A DNA stretch of 32,942 nt, from positions 1 through 32,942 of the IMG/VR virus record IMGVR_UViG_3300046012_000651; one strand, 5' to 3'. Source of the stretch: a virus (taxonomy: Duplodnaviria; Caudoviricetes). This document shows positions 16,667 to 25,557 of this stretch, piece by piece; the stretch's first letter is position 1; each line of letters begins with the position of its first letter. The translations under genes were made by a program, and so were the position numbers. The notes beneath the pieces are model-generated. The model was not told the DNA's origin, ran no database searches, and was given only the letters and a program-made list of their open reading frames with translations.

Positions 16667-18763
16667 ATGTCGATTTCAGCTTCCGAAATCGTCTCCGTCA
16701 CGCCGTCTGTACTCGGGGCGGGTGGCGAGGCGGTTAGTCTCGCGGGACTCATGCTGACGAACAGCAGCCGCGTCCCGATCAACACCGTTATCAGTCTGCC
16801 CACCACCGACGCCGTTTCGGCGTACTTCGGGCCGTCGTCCACGGAGGCCACGCTCGCCGATGTCTACTTCGGCGGGTTTGTCAACTCCGACGACACGCCG
16901 AATGCGTTGCTGTTCGCGCAGTATCCCCAGGTTCCGGTCGCCGCGTATCTTCGCGGGGCCAGTCTGGCGACGATGTCGTTGGCGCAGCTTCAGGCGATCA
17001 AGCCCGCCACTATCACCGGCTCGATCGGTGGTACGGTCACGGCGTCGATCGGTGCCAGCTTCACTGGCAGTGCGAGTGGCGTGACGCTCACCGCGTCGTC
17101 CACGGTCGGTATTATCTCCATAGGCGACGTCGTCGCAGGCACTGGCATCCCCGCGAATACGTTCATCGTTGACGGGCCGACCGGCGGCGGTGATGGCGAC
17201 TATACGACCAGTCAGGCGACGACGGCTTCGTCTGCCAGCTGCACCACGACGTCCACGGTTCTGGACGTGACGGCGGTCGGCGCCGGCAGCGTGCAAACGG
17301 GTGATGTACTCAGCGGCTCCGGCGTGACTGTGGGAACGACCGTCACTGGGCAGCTGACGGGCTCGGCGGGCAGCACTGGCACTTATCGCGTCAGCGCGGC
17401 GCAGTCCGTTGCCAGTGAGTCCATCACGGCGACGAGCGCCACGATGAAGGTGACGGCGCAGTCCGTCGGACTTATCACGACGAATATGCTCATCACGGGC
17501 TCCGGCGTGACGGCGAGTTCGCGCGTGACGGGGCAGATCAGTGGCACGACGGGCGGCGTTGGTCTCTACAGTCTTTCCGAGTCGAGCCACGTTTCCTCCG
17601 AAGCTCTTGTCGGTGCCTACGACATCAGCGTCACCGTCAACGGTTCTCCGGCGACCAGCGCCAGTGTGAACCTGTCCGCGGCGACCAGCTTCTCCGCGGC
17701 GGCAACCACCATCGGTTCGGCGATCGGCGAAACGGTGACATTCGACAGTGTGTCGTCGGCGTTCGTGGTCACTTCACCCACGACTGGCTCGGCGTCTACG
17801 ATCGGGTTTGGCTCCGGCGCGTTGTCTTCCGCACTGAACCTCACGCTGGCCCGCAACGCCGTCACCTCGCAGGGCGCCAATGCAGCGACTCCCGGTTCGT
17901 TCATGGATACGCTCATCACGCTCTCGCAGGCGTGGGCTGCATTCATGACGACCTTCGACCCGGACAATTCGGGGAATGCGAACAAGTTGCTGTTCGCGGC
18001 GTGGGTCAACGGCAAGTCCGACAGATTCGGATACGCCGCTTGGGACGTGGACACCGCACCGACGCTGTCGAACGCGGCGACGTCGTCGCTCGGCTACATC
18101 CTGAAGAACACTAGCAGCTCCGGCACCGAGGTCATCTACAACTCGGCGTCCTTGGCTGCGTTCGTGCTCAGCGTCGGCGCGTCGCTCGACTTCACACGGA
18201 CGAAGGGCCGTGCGACTTGGGCATTCCGGGCGCAGACCGGGCTCGCGCCGACGGTCACCGATCCGACCGTGGCCGCGAACCTCCGCGCGAACGGGTACAA
18301 CTACTATGGACAGTACGCCGAGAATGCGCTGGGCTGGGAATTCTACTACCCTGGCACGATCACCGGCCCCTTCGACTGGGCGGACAGCTACTTCAACCAG
18401 ATCCAGCTGAACGCCAGTCTCCAGGCCGCGTTGATGGACTTCCTGACGACGGTCAAGTCGACTCCATTTACGCAAGCGGGTGCCGCGCAGATCGCGCAAG
18501 TTCTCGCGGACCCGATCAACGCGGGCATCAACTTCGGCAGCATCGTCGTCGGCGTCACGCTCAGTTCGGCGCAGATCGCGGAAGTCAACGCGGCAGCTGG
18601 CGCCAACGTCGCACCGGCGCTGACGGCGCAAGGCTGGTATCTTCAGATCAAGGTCCCCAGCCCCAGCGTCCGCGCGACGCGCGGTCCGTGGCCGATCACT
18701 TTCTGGTACTGCGATGGCGGTTCGGTACAGTCCATCGATCTATCTTCCGCCACGGTGCAGTAA
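16667..18763 (+). CDS. Contractile tail sheath (DUF3383 type) with three inserted modules
   Basis: SI.ASEIVSVTPSVL, VSAYFGPSSTE, NGYNYYG, WADSYFNQI, WYCDGGSVQSI. Confidence 0.92.
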   Translation: MSISASEIVSVTPSVLGAGGEAVSLAGLMLTNSSRVPINTVISLPTTDAVSAYFGPSSTEATLADVYFGGFVNSDDTPNALLFAQYPQVPVAAYLRGASLATMSLAQLQAIKPATITGSIGGTVTASIGASFTGSASGVTLTASSTVGIISIGDVVAGTGIPANTFIVDGPTGGGDGDYTTSQATTASSASCTTTSTVLDVTAVGAGSVQTGDVLSGSGVTVGTTVTGQLTGSAGSTGTYRVSAAQSVASESITATSATMKVTAQSVGLITTNMLITGSGVTASSRVTGQISGTTGGVGLYSLSESSHVSSEALVGAYDISVTVNGSPATSASVNLSAATSFSAAATTIGSAIGETVTFDSVSSAFVVTSPTTGSASTIGFGSGALSSALNLTLARNAVTSQGANAATPGSFMDTLITLSQAWAAFMTTFDPDNSGNANKLLFAAWVNGKSDRFGYAAWDVDTAPTLSNAATSSLGYILKNTSSSGTEVIYNSASLAAFVLSVGASLDFTRTKGRATWAFRAQTGLAPTVTDPTVAANLRANGYNYYGQYAENALGWEFYYPGTITGPFDWADSYFNQIQLNASLQAALMDFLTTVKSTPFTQAGAAQIAQVLADPINAGINFGSIVVGVTLSSAQIAEVNAAAGANVAPALTAQGWYLQIKVPSPSVRATRGPWPITFWYCDGGSVQSIDLSSATVQ

Positions 18764-18775
18764 GGAGCGCCCGCA

Positions 18776-19207
18776 ATGTCAATCACTTCCGCCAACTCGG
18801 TACTCATGCTCGGCATCACGAGCGTGTTCCCCATTCCACAGCAGCTTCAGGGTTACGACGTCGACGAAGCTTTCATGACGGAAGGCGTTGACACCGCCGA
18901 AATCAAGCTCGGTGTCGACGGCCGCAAGTCAGCGGGCTACATTCCGCAGCTGAAGAAGGTGCGGATCAAGCTCCAGGCCGACAGCCCCTCCAACGATATG
19001 TTCGAGGAGTGGTACGCTGCGCAGGAAGCGGCGCAGGAGACCTTCGACGCTAACGCGGTTATCCGCGTTCCTGGCGTCAGCAAGGTCTACACTTGCACGA
19101 AAGGCTCGCTGACGCGGTATCCGCCGTTCGCCGACGCCAAGAAGACCCTTCAGGCTCGGGAGTACGAGATCACCTTCGAGCAGATCATCCCGGCGCCGTT
19201 GGGATAA
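18776..19207 (+). CDS. Tail tube protein
   Basis: MSITSANS, GVDGRKSAGY, LQADSPS, KKTLQ. Follows the sheath gene, AAGGAG SD. Confidence 0.88.
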   Translation: MSITSANSVLMLGITSVFPIPQQLQGYDVDEAFMTEGVDTAEIKLGVDGRKSAGYIPQLKKVRIKLQADSPSNDMFEEWYAAQEAAQETFDANAVIRVPGVSKVYTCTKGSLTRYPPFADAKKTLQAREYEITFEQIIPAPLG

Positions 19208-19226
19208 ACCCGCGAGGACTGAACAG

Positions 19227-19700
19227 ATGCGGAAAGAAAAAGAGATCACGATTGAGGCAGACAATCGTGACAAGGGTAAGGTCTACATACTCCATGAAAT
19301 GTCCTCCGCGCAAGGGGAGAAGTGGGGTCTCCGTGCAATGCTTGCGCTCGGCAAGTCTAAGTTGGAAATCCCGCCGGAACTCATGAGTCAGGGTCTGGCG
19401 GGGATCGCAGCGCTGGGCATCCGCGCGTTCGGCAGTATGGAGTTCGAAGACGCCGAACCGCTGATGGACGAGATGATGGCGTGCTTCGAGATCAGGCCGG
19501 ATCCCATCAATCATCCAAGTGTCCAACGTCGCCTGATGGCGGAAGAGGACATCGAGGAAGTGTCAACACGCGTCCAACTGCGCGCGGAGTGGTGGGCCCT
19601 CCATACGGGTTTTTCGATAGACGTCGTACTGTCAAGGTTGAAAGCGGTTGGCTCGGCGATTCGCACCCTCGATGCGAGTACGCTAACGTCCCAAAGCTGA
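19227..19700 (+). CDS. Tail assembly chaperone (gpG-like)
   Basis: RDKGKVY..EM, DIEEVST..LR. Lies between tube and tape measure genes. Confidence 0.85.
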   Translation: MRKEKEITIEADNRDKGKVYILHEMSSAQGEKWGLRAMLALGKSKLEIPPELMSQGLAGIAALGIRAFGSMEFEDAEPLMDEMMACFEIRPDPINHPSVQRRLMAEEDIEEVSTRVQLRAEWWALHTGFSIDVVLSRLKAVGSAIRTLDASTLTSQS

Positions 19701-19834
19701 TCGGTCTTGCTGTGTCTAGCAAGATGGCTACGCTCCACGAGCTGGACACGGTGTACGGCGTCGAAGACCTCTACGATCTTCTTGAGATCGCCACGGTTGA
19801 AGCGGTAAACTCAGCGCCTGATAAGGATCGGTAA
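19607..19834 (+). CDS. -1 frameshift extension of the tail chaperone (gpGT-like)
   Basis: Slippery heptamer G GGT TTT at 19607-19613 in the chaperone frame. The -1 frame is open to 19834 (ATLHELDTVYGVEDLYDLLEI) and abuts the tape measure start. Confidence 0.8.
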   Translation, partial: GFFDRRRTVKVESGWLGDSHPRCEYANVPKLIGLAVSSKMATLHELDTVYGVEDLYDLLEIATVEAVNSAPDKDR

Positions 19835-21718
19835 GTGGGTCGCACTGTCATTGATGAGCTCGTCATTGAGTTTGGGCTTGATCCTTCGAAATTTACGAAG
19901 GGTCAGCGCGAAGTCATTCAGGGCATCAAGGATACTGAGACGCAGGCGGCGCGCTCGGCTCGGGAGATGGACGCGCGCGGTAAGCAAGCCGCGCAATACT
20001 TCTCACGCATTCGGAACGAGGTTCTAGCGCTCGGCGCGGCGTTACTCGGCGCGCACGCCATCAAGTCGTTCACGCAGCAGATGACGACGGCGGACGCGGC
20101 GACCGGGCGCCTCGCCGTCAACCTAGGTCTGTCGGCGAACGAACTCAGCGCGTGGCAGCAGGTCGCGGAGCAGACCGGCGGAAGCGCGTCAGGTATGTCG
20201 CATTCCATGCAGGCGCTCACGGGCGCCTTCAACACGTTCTGGCTGACTGGCAAGTCGGAGGCTATCCCGGTGCTGAATGCGCTGGGTATGGCGATCGACG
20301 AGAACCTCGTCGGCAAGCTGGGTGCCACGCACGACGTCGGCGAGCAGTTCTTGGAGCTATCCAAGGCGTTTCAGAAGCTGAAGGAGACGGGCCGCGCCAG
20401 CATGGCGCAGACGTTGGGCGGTCAGCTTGGTTTTGACCAGGACACGATCAACGTCCTGATGCAGGGTCCGTCGGTTATCCAGCAGAAATTGGCCGAAGCG
20501 CGTAAGACCGCGACGGATGACGACGCCGTGAAGGCGGCGCAGCATCTCCAGACCGAGTGGGTTAAGCTCCAGCAGACGTTTGAAAGCGTCGGTCGCACCA
20601 TCCTCAAGGAGGTGGACGAACCGCTTTCCGACGCGGTCAAGGAACTGCGCACGTTCCTCGAAGAAAACAAGGAGGAGATCGGCGCGGGCTTCAAGAAGTT
20701 CATCGAAGACATGCGGACGGTGGACTGGAAGACCGTGGTCGCCGATATCCGTGAGTTCATTCACGGTGCGAACGACGCGGCGCAGGCTGTCGGCGGGTGG
20801 GTCACGGTGTCCGAAGTTCTTCTGGGTCTGTGGGTCGGTACCCGCGTCGCGGGCGCCATTGCCGGCATCGTCAGCATTGCCACGGCGGCGGAGGGGACGC
20901 TCGCAGCCATTGTTGCCATCAACCCCGCCCTGGCGGCGGCGGTTGCGGCGGCGTTCGCCACGAAGGCTGTTCTGACGCCGGGCACGACCAACGCCGGCGA
21001 GGATGAGTATATCCGGGCGCATCCGGAGATGTTCCCAAAGCCGCCGACCAAGGATGAGCTCAACGAGCTTATCGTTCAGCCTCCAGGGCGCAGCATCGTC
21101 GGCGCGCTGACGGGTCAGCCCGCCCCGATCACGCAGCAGTCCAGCGGCAGCGTTCCGCAGAGCGACGTGGATAAACTAGTCGCGGGTGGTCACTGGACGC
21201 GGGAGCAGGCGATCGGTATTCTTGCGAACACGAAGGCCGAGTCCGGCGGCGACGACCGTGCTGTCGGTGACAACGGTGCCGCCTATGGTTTGCAGCAGTG
21301 GCACCAAGATCGTCAGGACGAGTTCAGGCGCGTCTTCGGCAAGGATATCCGCCAGTCCAGCCGTGATGAGCAATTGCAGTTCATCAACTATGAGCTCAGT
21401 CACGGTGAGAAGACGGCGGGTGACGCCCTGCACCGCGCGACCAACGCCGGTGAAGCTGCATCCATTATTTCGCGCATGTACGAGCGCCCGGCGAACAGCG
21501 TTGTAGAAGCTGTGAAGCGCGCGAAGTTGGCAAACACACTGTCAGCCCAGGGACGCGCCACGGCAACAGCGTCTTCAAACACGACGACGTCAACTGTGTC
21601 CATCAACACGTTGAACGTGAACACCCAGGCCACAGACGCCAAGGGCGTCGCACGTGACCTGCGTCAGGAGCTCGCTGAACGCAATTGGGTCACGCCGGCT
21701 AACGCGGGGCTTAACTAA
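19835..21718 (+). CDS. Tape measure protein with C-terminal phage tail lysozyme domain
   Basis: VIDELVIEFGLD start, helical Ala-rich body, hydrophobic segment, then GILANTKAESG...AYGLQQW...EQLQFINYEL...YERPA. Confidence 0.9.
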   Translation: MGRTVIDELVIEFGLDPSKFTKGQREVIQGIKDTETQAARSAREMDARGKQAAQYFSRIRNEVLALGAALLGAHAIKSFTQQMTTADAATGRLAVNLGLSANELSAWQQVAEQTGGSASGMSHSMQALTGAFNTFWLTGKSEAIPVLNALGMAIDENLVGKLGATHDVGEQFLELSKAFQKLKETGRASMAQTLGGQLGFDQDTINVLMQGPSVIQQKLAEARKTATDDDAVKAAQHLQTEWVKLQQTFESVGRTILKEVDEPLSDAVKELRTFLEENKEEIGAGFKKFIEDMRTVDWKTVVADIREFIHGANDAAQAVGGWVTVSEVLLGLWVGTRVAGAIAGIVSIATAAEGTLAAIVAINPALAAAVAAAFATKAVLTPGTTNAGEDEYIRAHPEMFPKPPTKDELNELIVQPPGRSIVGALTGQPAPITQQSSGSVPQSDVDKLVAGGHWTREQAIGILANTKAESGGDDRAVGDNGAAYGLQQWHQDRQDEFRRVFGKDIRQSSRDEQLQFINYELSHGEKTAGDALHRATNAGEAASIISRMYERPANSVVEAVKRAKLANTLSAQGRATATASSNTTTSTVSINTLNVNTQATDAKGVARDLRQELAERNWVTPANAGLN

Positions 21719-22326
21719 TGGCAAACGGTCTCCCCGCGCTCTCTAGTGGTAATTTCACGACGCTGAACCGCGCCGTACTGCTCCTCAACGACGTGCTGGA
21801 CGTTCTACGCTTGCTCGGCCCGTCGCAGTGGGGCATCTTTGATCAATTCGGCGTCCGCGTTCTCGATCCGGACAACATCCTCGCCGTTCGGTTTCAGCAG
21901 GATCAGCAGGTCTCGGACTATCCGCAGGAAGCCGGCGGCTTCTTGTCCTATAACAAAGTCGCGTCACCGTTTGAGATCAAGGTGACGATGTCCAAAGGCG
22001 GTTCGGACGCGGAGCGCGGTTTCTTCTTGTTCGAGGTGGACACGATAGCGACGGATACGAACCTGTACGCCATCGTGATGCCGGACGGTACGTACCCCAG
22101 CGTCAACATGAGCCACTACGACTTCGAGCGTAGCGCGGAACGTGGCGTCGGTCTGCTGACGATCGACGCGTGGTTTACGGAAATCCGGGTCGCCGGGTCT
22201 CCTCAGTTTCTAAACCAGCAGACGGCGCAGGCTGCGGGTGCCGACACGGTCAACGTTGGGTCGGTGCAGCCGCAGAATGTCGGGGCTGGGGTGCCCACAA
22301 CTGCCATAACGCAGGCGTTGATCTGA
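21718..22326 (+). CDS. Baseplate/tube initiator protein
   Basis: QWGIFD, VSDYPQEAGGFLSYNKV, EIR. Follows the tape measure gene. Confidence 0.8.
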   Translation: MANGLPALSSGNFTTLNRAVLLLNDVLDVLRLLGPSQWGIFDQFGVRVLDPDNILAVRFQQDQQVSDYPQEAGGFLSYNKVASPFEIKVTMSKGGSDAERGFFLFEVDTIATDTNLYAIVMPDGTYPSVNMSHYDFERSAERGVGLLTIDAWFTEIRVAGSPQFLNQQTAQAAGADTVNVGSVQPQNVGAGVPTTAITQALI

Positions 22327-22637
22327 TGCAGGTAGTTCCACTCGCTGACGTTCCGTCACAGCTGCTATCCGTGCAACTGAACGGTCAGACTTGTCAGATC
22401 AAGGTACATACGGAGTCCACCGGACTCTACATGGACGTCTACGTGAACAACGTGTTGATCCTTGCGGGCGTTATCTGTCAGAACGTCAACCGCATCATCC
22501 GTGATGCCTACTTCGGCTTCCTCGGTGACTTCACGTTTTTCGACACACAAGGCGGTGTGACGGGCAGCGATCCGTCGTACCCCGGCCTCGGTACGCGGTA
22601 CGTCCTCCTGTACCTAGAAGTCGCTGATCTGTCATGA
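22326..22637 (+). CDS. Small baseplate protein
   Basis: TGATG coupling. MQVVPL..VPSQ, GLYMD, FFDTQG, P.YPGLGTRY.L.Y. Confidence 0.8.
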   Translation: MQVVPLADVPSQLLSVQLNGQTCQIKVHTESTGLYMDVYVNNVLILAGVICQNVNRIIRDAYFGFLGDFTFFDTQGGVTGSDPSYPGLGTRYVLLYLEVADLS

Positions 22638-23569
22638 GCGTTCAAGGCTTCACGAAGCGGCAGATTTCAGTCACATTCGCGTACGGGACCGGCGCTGACG
22701 GTTCCGGTACACCGCAGGAGGTGAAGATCCCCGCGCTACGCATGACCGCCCGCATCAACATCGCGGGTGGCGCCAGCATGGGTGAGTTAAATCTGCGCAT
22801 CTACGGGCTGGACCTGGGGCTCATAAACCGCCTGTCCACGCTCGGTGTTCCGATGGCCCTGGTGCGGCGAAACAGTGTGATCGTCGAGGCCGGTGACGAT
22901 CAAAACGGCATGGCCCAAGTTTTTCAGGGCACGATCTCACAAGCTTGGGCGGATTTCAATCTTGCCCCGGACGTGGCATTCGAAGTTATCGCGAACACCG
23001 GCCTGTATGAAGCGATGGCGCCGGTTCCCCCCTTCAGCGCGAAGGGCGACGTTGACGCTGCGCAGATCATGTCGCAGTTGGCTCAGAAGATGAACCTGCG
23101 GTTTGAGAACAGTGGCGTCACGGGTGTCAAACTCAATAATCCGAACCTGCCGGGGAGTTATCGTCAGCAGGCGGAAAAGGTGGCGAACTCCGGTCGCTTC
23201 AATTGGATCATCGAAAATGGGATCCTGGCGATCTGGCCGTTCAACAATTCGCGCACCGGAAACACGAAAGTAATCTCCAAAGACACCGGGATGATCGGGT
23301 ATCCGTCGTACACGTCGCAAGGCATCGTGGTCAAGACGCTGTTCACGCCGAACTTACGGTTTGGATCCAAGGTCCAAGTGATTTCCACGGCGGTTCCGCT
23401 GGCGCGTGGTCAGTCGACGAGCCCAATCGGTACGCAGGTATTACCCGTAGACGGCGTCTGGGCTGTGACGACGCTGAACCACGACATCGCTGCGGAGTAC
23501 CCCGGCGGTATGTGGGAAACTGAGATGCAGCTGACCATTCCTGGATATATCACGGTGCCGCGTGGTTGA
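22634..23569 (+). CDS. Baseplate hub protein
   Basis: LRIYGL, VEAGD, VFQGTI, FENSGV, TGMIGYP, W+ET motifs and position before the spike. Confidence 0.85.
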   Translation: MSVQGFTKRQISVTFAYGTGADGSGTPQEVKIPALRMTARINIAGGASMGELNLRIYGLDLGLINRLSTLGVPMALVRRNSVIVEAGDDQNGMAQVFQGTISQAWADFNLAPDVAFEVIANTGLYEAMAPVPPFSAKGDVDAAQIMSQLAQKMNLRFENSGVTGVKLNNPNLPGSYRQQAEKVANSGRFNWIIENGILAIWPFNNSRTGNTKVISKDTGMIGYPSYTSQGIVVKTLFTPNLRFGSKVQVISTAVPLARGQSTSPIGTQVLPVDGVWAVTTLNHDIAAEYPGGMWETEMQLTIPGYITVPRG

Positions 23570-24926
23570 CAACTCTGGATTTCAGGGTGAGCTTCGATCC
23601 AACACCCTTGGCTCGCAGTACAACGCCATCGCGTTCGTGGTGCAGTCACTGATCAACCGCATCTTCACAGGAATGCCCGTGAAGGTCATGGCGGTTGATG
23701 CAGGCGCACAGACCGTGGACGTGCTTCCACTGGTCAATCAGGTAGATGGAAATGGCGCGAACAGCACGCCGTTCGTGACCGTCTACGGCGTTCCGTACTT
23801 CACGCTCCAGGGCGGGCAGAGCGGCGTCATTGCTCCACCGTCCGTCGGTGACCTGGGCTGGTTGACAGTCGCTGACCACGACATCAGCGTTGTGAAGAAG
23901 ACCAAAGCGCAAGGCAACCCCGGCAGCGCGCGGCGCTACAGCCTGGAAGACGGCATGTACTTCGGCGGCGCCCTGAACGCCGCGCCATCACAGTATTTGA
24001 AGTTCGCTGAAGGTGAAGTCGATCTGCTAGCGGTTGCGAAGCTTGTTCTTACGGCAGGCTCTGACCTAACCGCGTCGGCGAGTGGTAAGCTTACTGCTTC
24101 TGCGAGCGGTGACCTAACTGCGTCGGCGGGTGGTAAGGCTACGCTCTCGGCAGGTAGTACGGCTTCTGTCACGGGGTCGCTGGTGCAGCTCGGCCCCGGA
24201 GGCGGCAATCTAGCAACGGCGCCCGCACCAGCCAAGTCGCTATTCAGCAGCTTCGCCGGTTCCGGCCCCGGCGCGGTGCTGTCCAATCCGACGGCGACAT
24301 CTTCCAGTACGCTCAGCGGTAATCTCGTTCCGAGCGGCACGATCGACACCGGGTTAGACGGTCTCGTCACCGGAGGAACCATCACAGGCCCTGAGAAGAC
24401 GCAGATCACAGACGCGCTCGGCATCACCAACGGTACACCGTCTGTCAGTTTAACGACGGCTAACACAGACCTGTTGGCTCACACGGACCGGCTATCTGGG
24501 CTTTCTCAGCCGACGGTGTCCACGCAGCCGTTTCTAGGCGGTGTGGTGGGGCTTGGCCCTGGCCTGGACTTGCTAGCTGGCGGTTTACTTGGGCCCTCCG
24601 CAACGGCCATCCCTGCCGCGTCTACGGGTCTTACGGCGACGACCGCCATAACGGCGGCCAACACCTACGCGCTCGGCATCGTCGCGTATCTCGCGGGTGG
24701 TGGCACCGTCGCCACGGTATTGTCCACGGTCGCGGGGCATGCGACCACGTTGAACGCTTACGAGCCGGCGGACACTGCGGCGTATGCGTCATCCCAGAGC
24801 GGCGTTGCTTCAGCCGGCGGATTTCTGTCGCTTGTCGGCTACGCCAAGAGCACGCTGACGCCGGTGCAGACCTACTTCGCGCAGGTCTGTTCGCCGAGCA
24901 ATGTTGACACGTTACAGAGTGTATGA
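23562..24926 (+). CDS. Baseplate central spike (Gp138-like N-terminus) with 8-aa repeats and a long C-terminal extension
   Basis: VDVLPLV, VPYFTLQGG, P.VGDLG, DHDIS, R.YSLEDGMYFGG, then LTASASG(K/D) repeats. Confidence 0.85.
   Translation: MVDNSGFQGELRSNTLGSQYNAIAFVVQSLINRIFTGMPVKVMAVDAGAQTVDVLPLVNQVDGNGANSTPFVTVYGVPYFTLQGGQSGVIAPPSVGDLGWLTVADHDISVVKKTKAQGNPGSARRYSLEDGMYFGGALNAAPSQYLKFAEGEVDLLAVAKLVLTAGSDLTASASGKLTASASGDLTASAGGKATLSAGSTASVTGSLVQLGPGGGNLATAPAPAKSLFSSFAGSGPGAVLSNPTATSSSTLSGNLVPSGTIDTGLDGLVTGGTITGPEKTQITDALGITNGTPSVSLTTANTDLLAHTDRLSGLSQPTVSTQPFLGGVVGLGPGLDLLAGGLLGPSATAIPAASTGLTATTAITAANTYALGIVAYLAGGGTVATVLSTVAGHATTLNAYEPADTAAYASSQSGVASAGGFLSLVGYAKSTLTPVQTYFAQVCSPSNVDTLQSV
24063..24137 (+). 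repeat. 48-bp-period direct repeat in the spike gene
   Basis: GACCTAACCGCGTCGGCGAGTGGTAAG at 24063 and GACCTAACTGCGTCGGCGGGTGGTAAG at 24111. Confidence 0.85.
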
Positions 24927-24927
24927 C

Positions 24928-25191
24928 ATGCTTCCTGTCGCCACACTGATGAGCATCTCCGATCACGGCGGTCACGCGATTACGTCTTCGGAAGACGTGA
25001 CTGCGGAGGGTCAGCCCGTCGTGCGCGCCATGGACTTGCACACGTGCCCAATCCCGCATCACGGGGTGACGCCGATGCAGGGGACTTCGCAAGCCCAGGC
25101 GGACGGTCGTCCGATCGTTCGTCAGTTTGTTGATCAAGCGGGTTGTGGCGCGGTGTTCATAACTGGCGCCAATGCCGTGGAGGCATCATGA
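24928..25191 (+). CDS. PAAR-like spike tip protein
   Basis: SDHGG, GQPVVRAMD.HTCP..HG, GRPIVR..D.AGCGA. Directly follows the spike gene. Confidence 0.8.
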   Translation: MLPVATLMSISDHGGHAITSSEDVTAEGQPVVRAMDLHTCPIPHHGVTPMQGTSQAQADGRPIVRQFVDQAGCGAVFITGANAVEAS

Positions 25192-25556
25192 CGATTACGG
25201 CACCATGCGACACGATGCTACTGGACCCAGGTACGTGGGATTTACTGACTGACGCACGTGGCGACTGGGCCGCCGCCGCCGCGCCTTATGCCGTCGCGCA
25301 GGACGCGGCCAGCGAAGCACGGACGTTTCTGGGCGAAGTGTTCTACGACACAACGCGCGGTGTACCGTACCAGCAAATTCTGGGCATCTCGCCAGCGCCG
25401 GTTGAGTTCACACGCTCGCGAATAAACAGTGCCGCTGCGCTTGTGCCCGGCGTCGTCAAGTCCCGGACGTTTTTCACAGCGTTCAACGGGCGCAAGATCA
25501 GCGGCCAGATCCAAGTGACAGACGTCACCGGCAAAACTGTTGCAGCGAGCTTCTAA
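25188..25556 (+). CDS. Baseplate wedge protein (gp25-like slot)
   Basis: TMLLD..TWDL, AVAQD.A...RTFLGE.FYD...GVPY. ATGA coupling. Confidence 0.82.
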   Translation: MTITAPCDTMLLDPGTWDLLTDARGDWAAAAAPYAVAQDAASEARTFLGEVFYDTTRGVPYQQILGISPAPVEFTRSRINSAAALVPGVVKSRTFFTAFNGRKISGQIQVTDVTGKTVAASF

Positions 25557-25557
25557 G

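Noticed and set aside
16667-25191. Sheath, tube, spike and PAAR considered as a T6SS, eCIS or tailocin
   Set aside because: Terminase, portal, capsid and neck genes are in the same operon, so this is a complete phage morphogenesis module.
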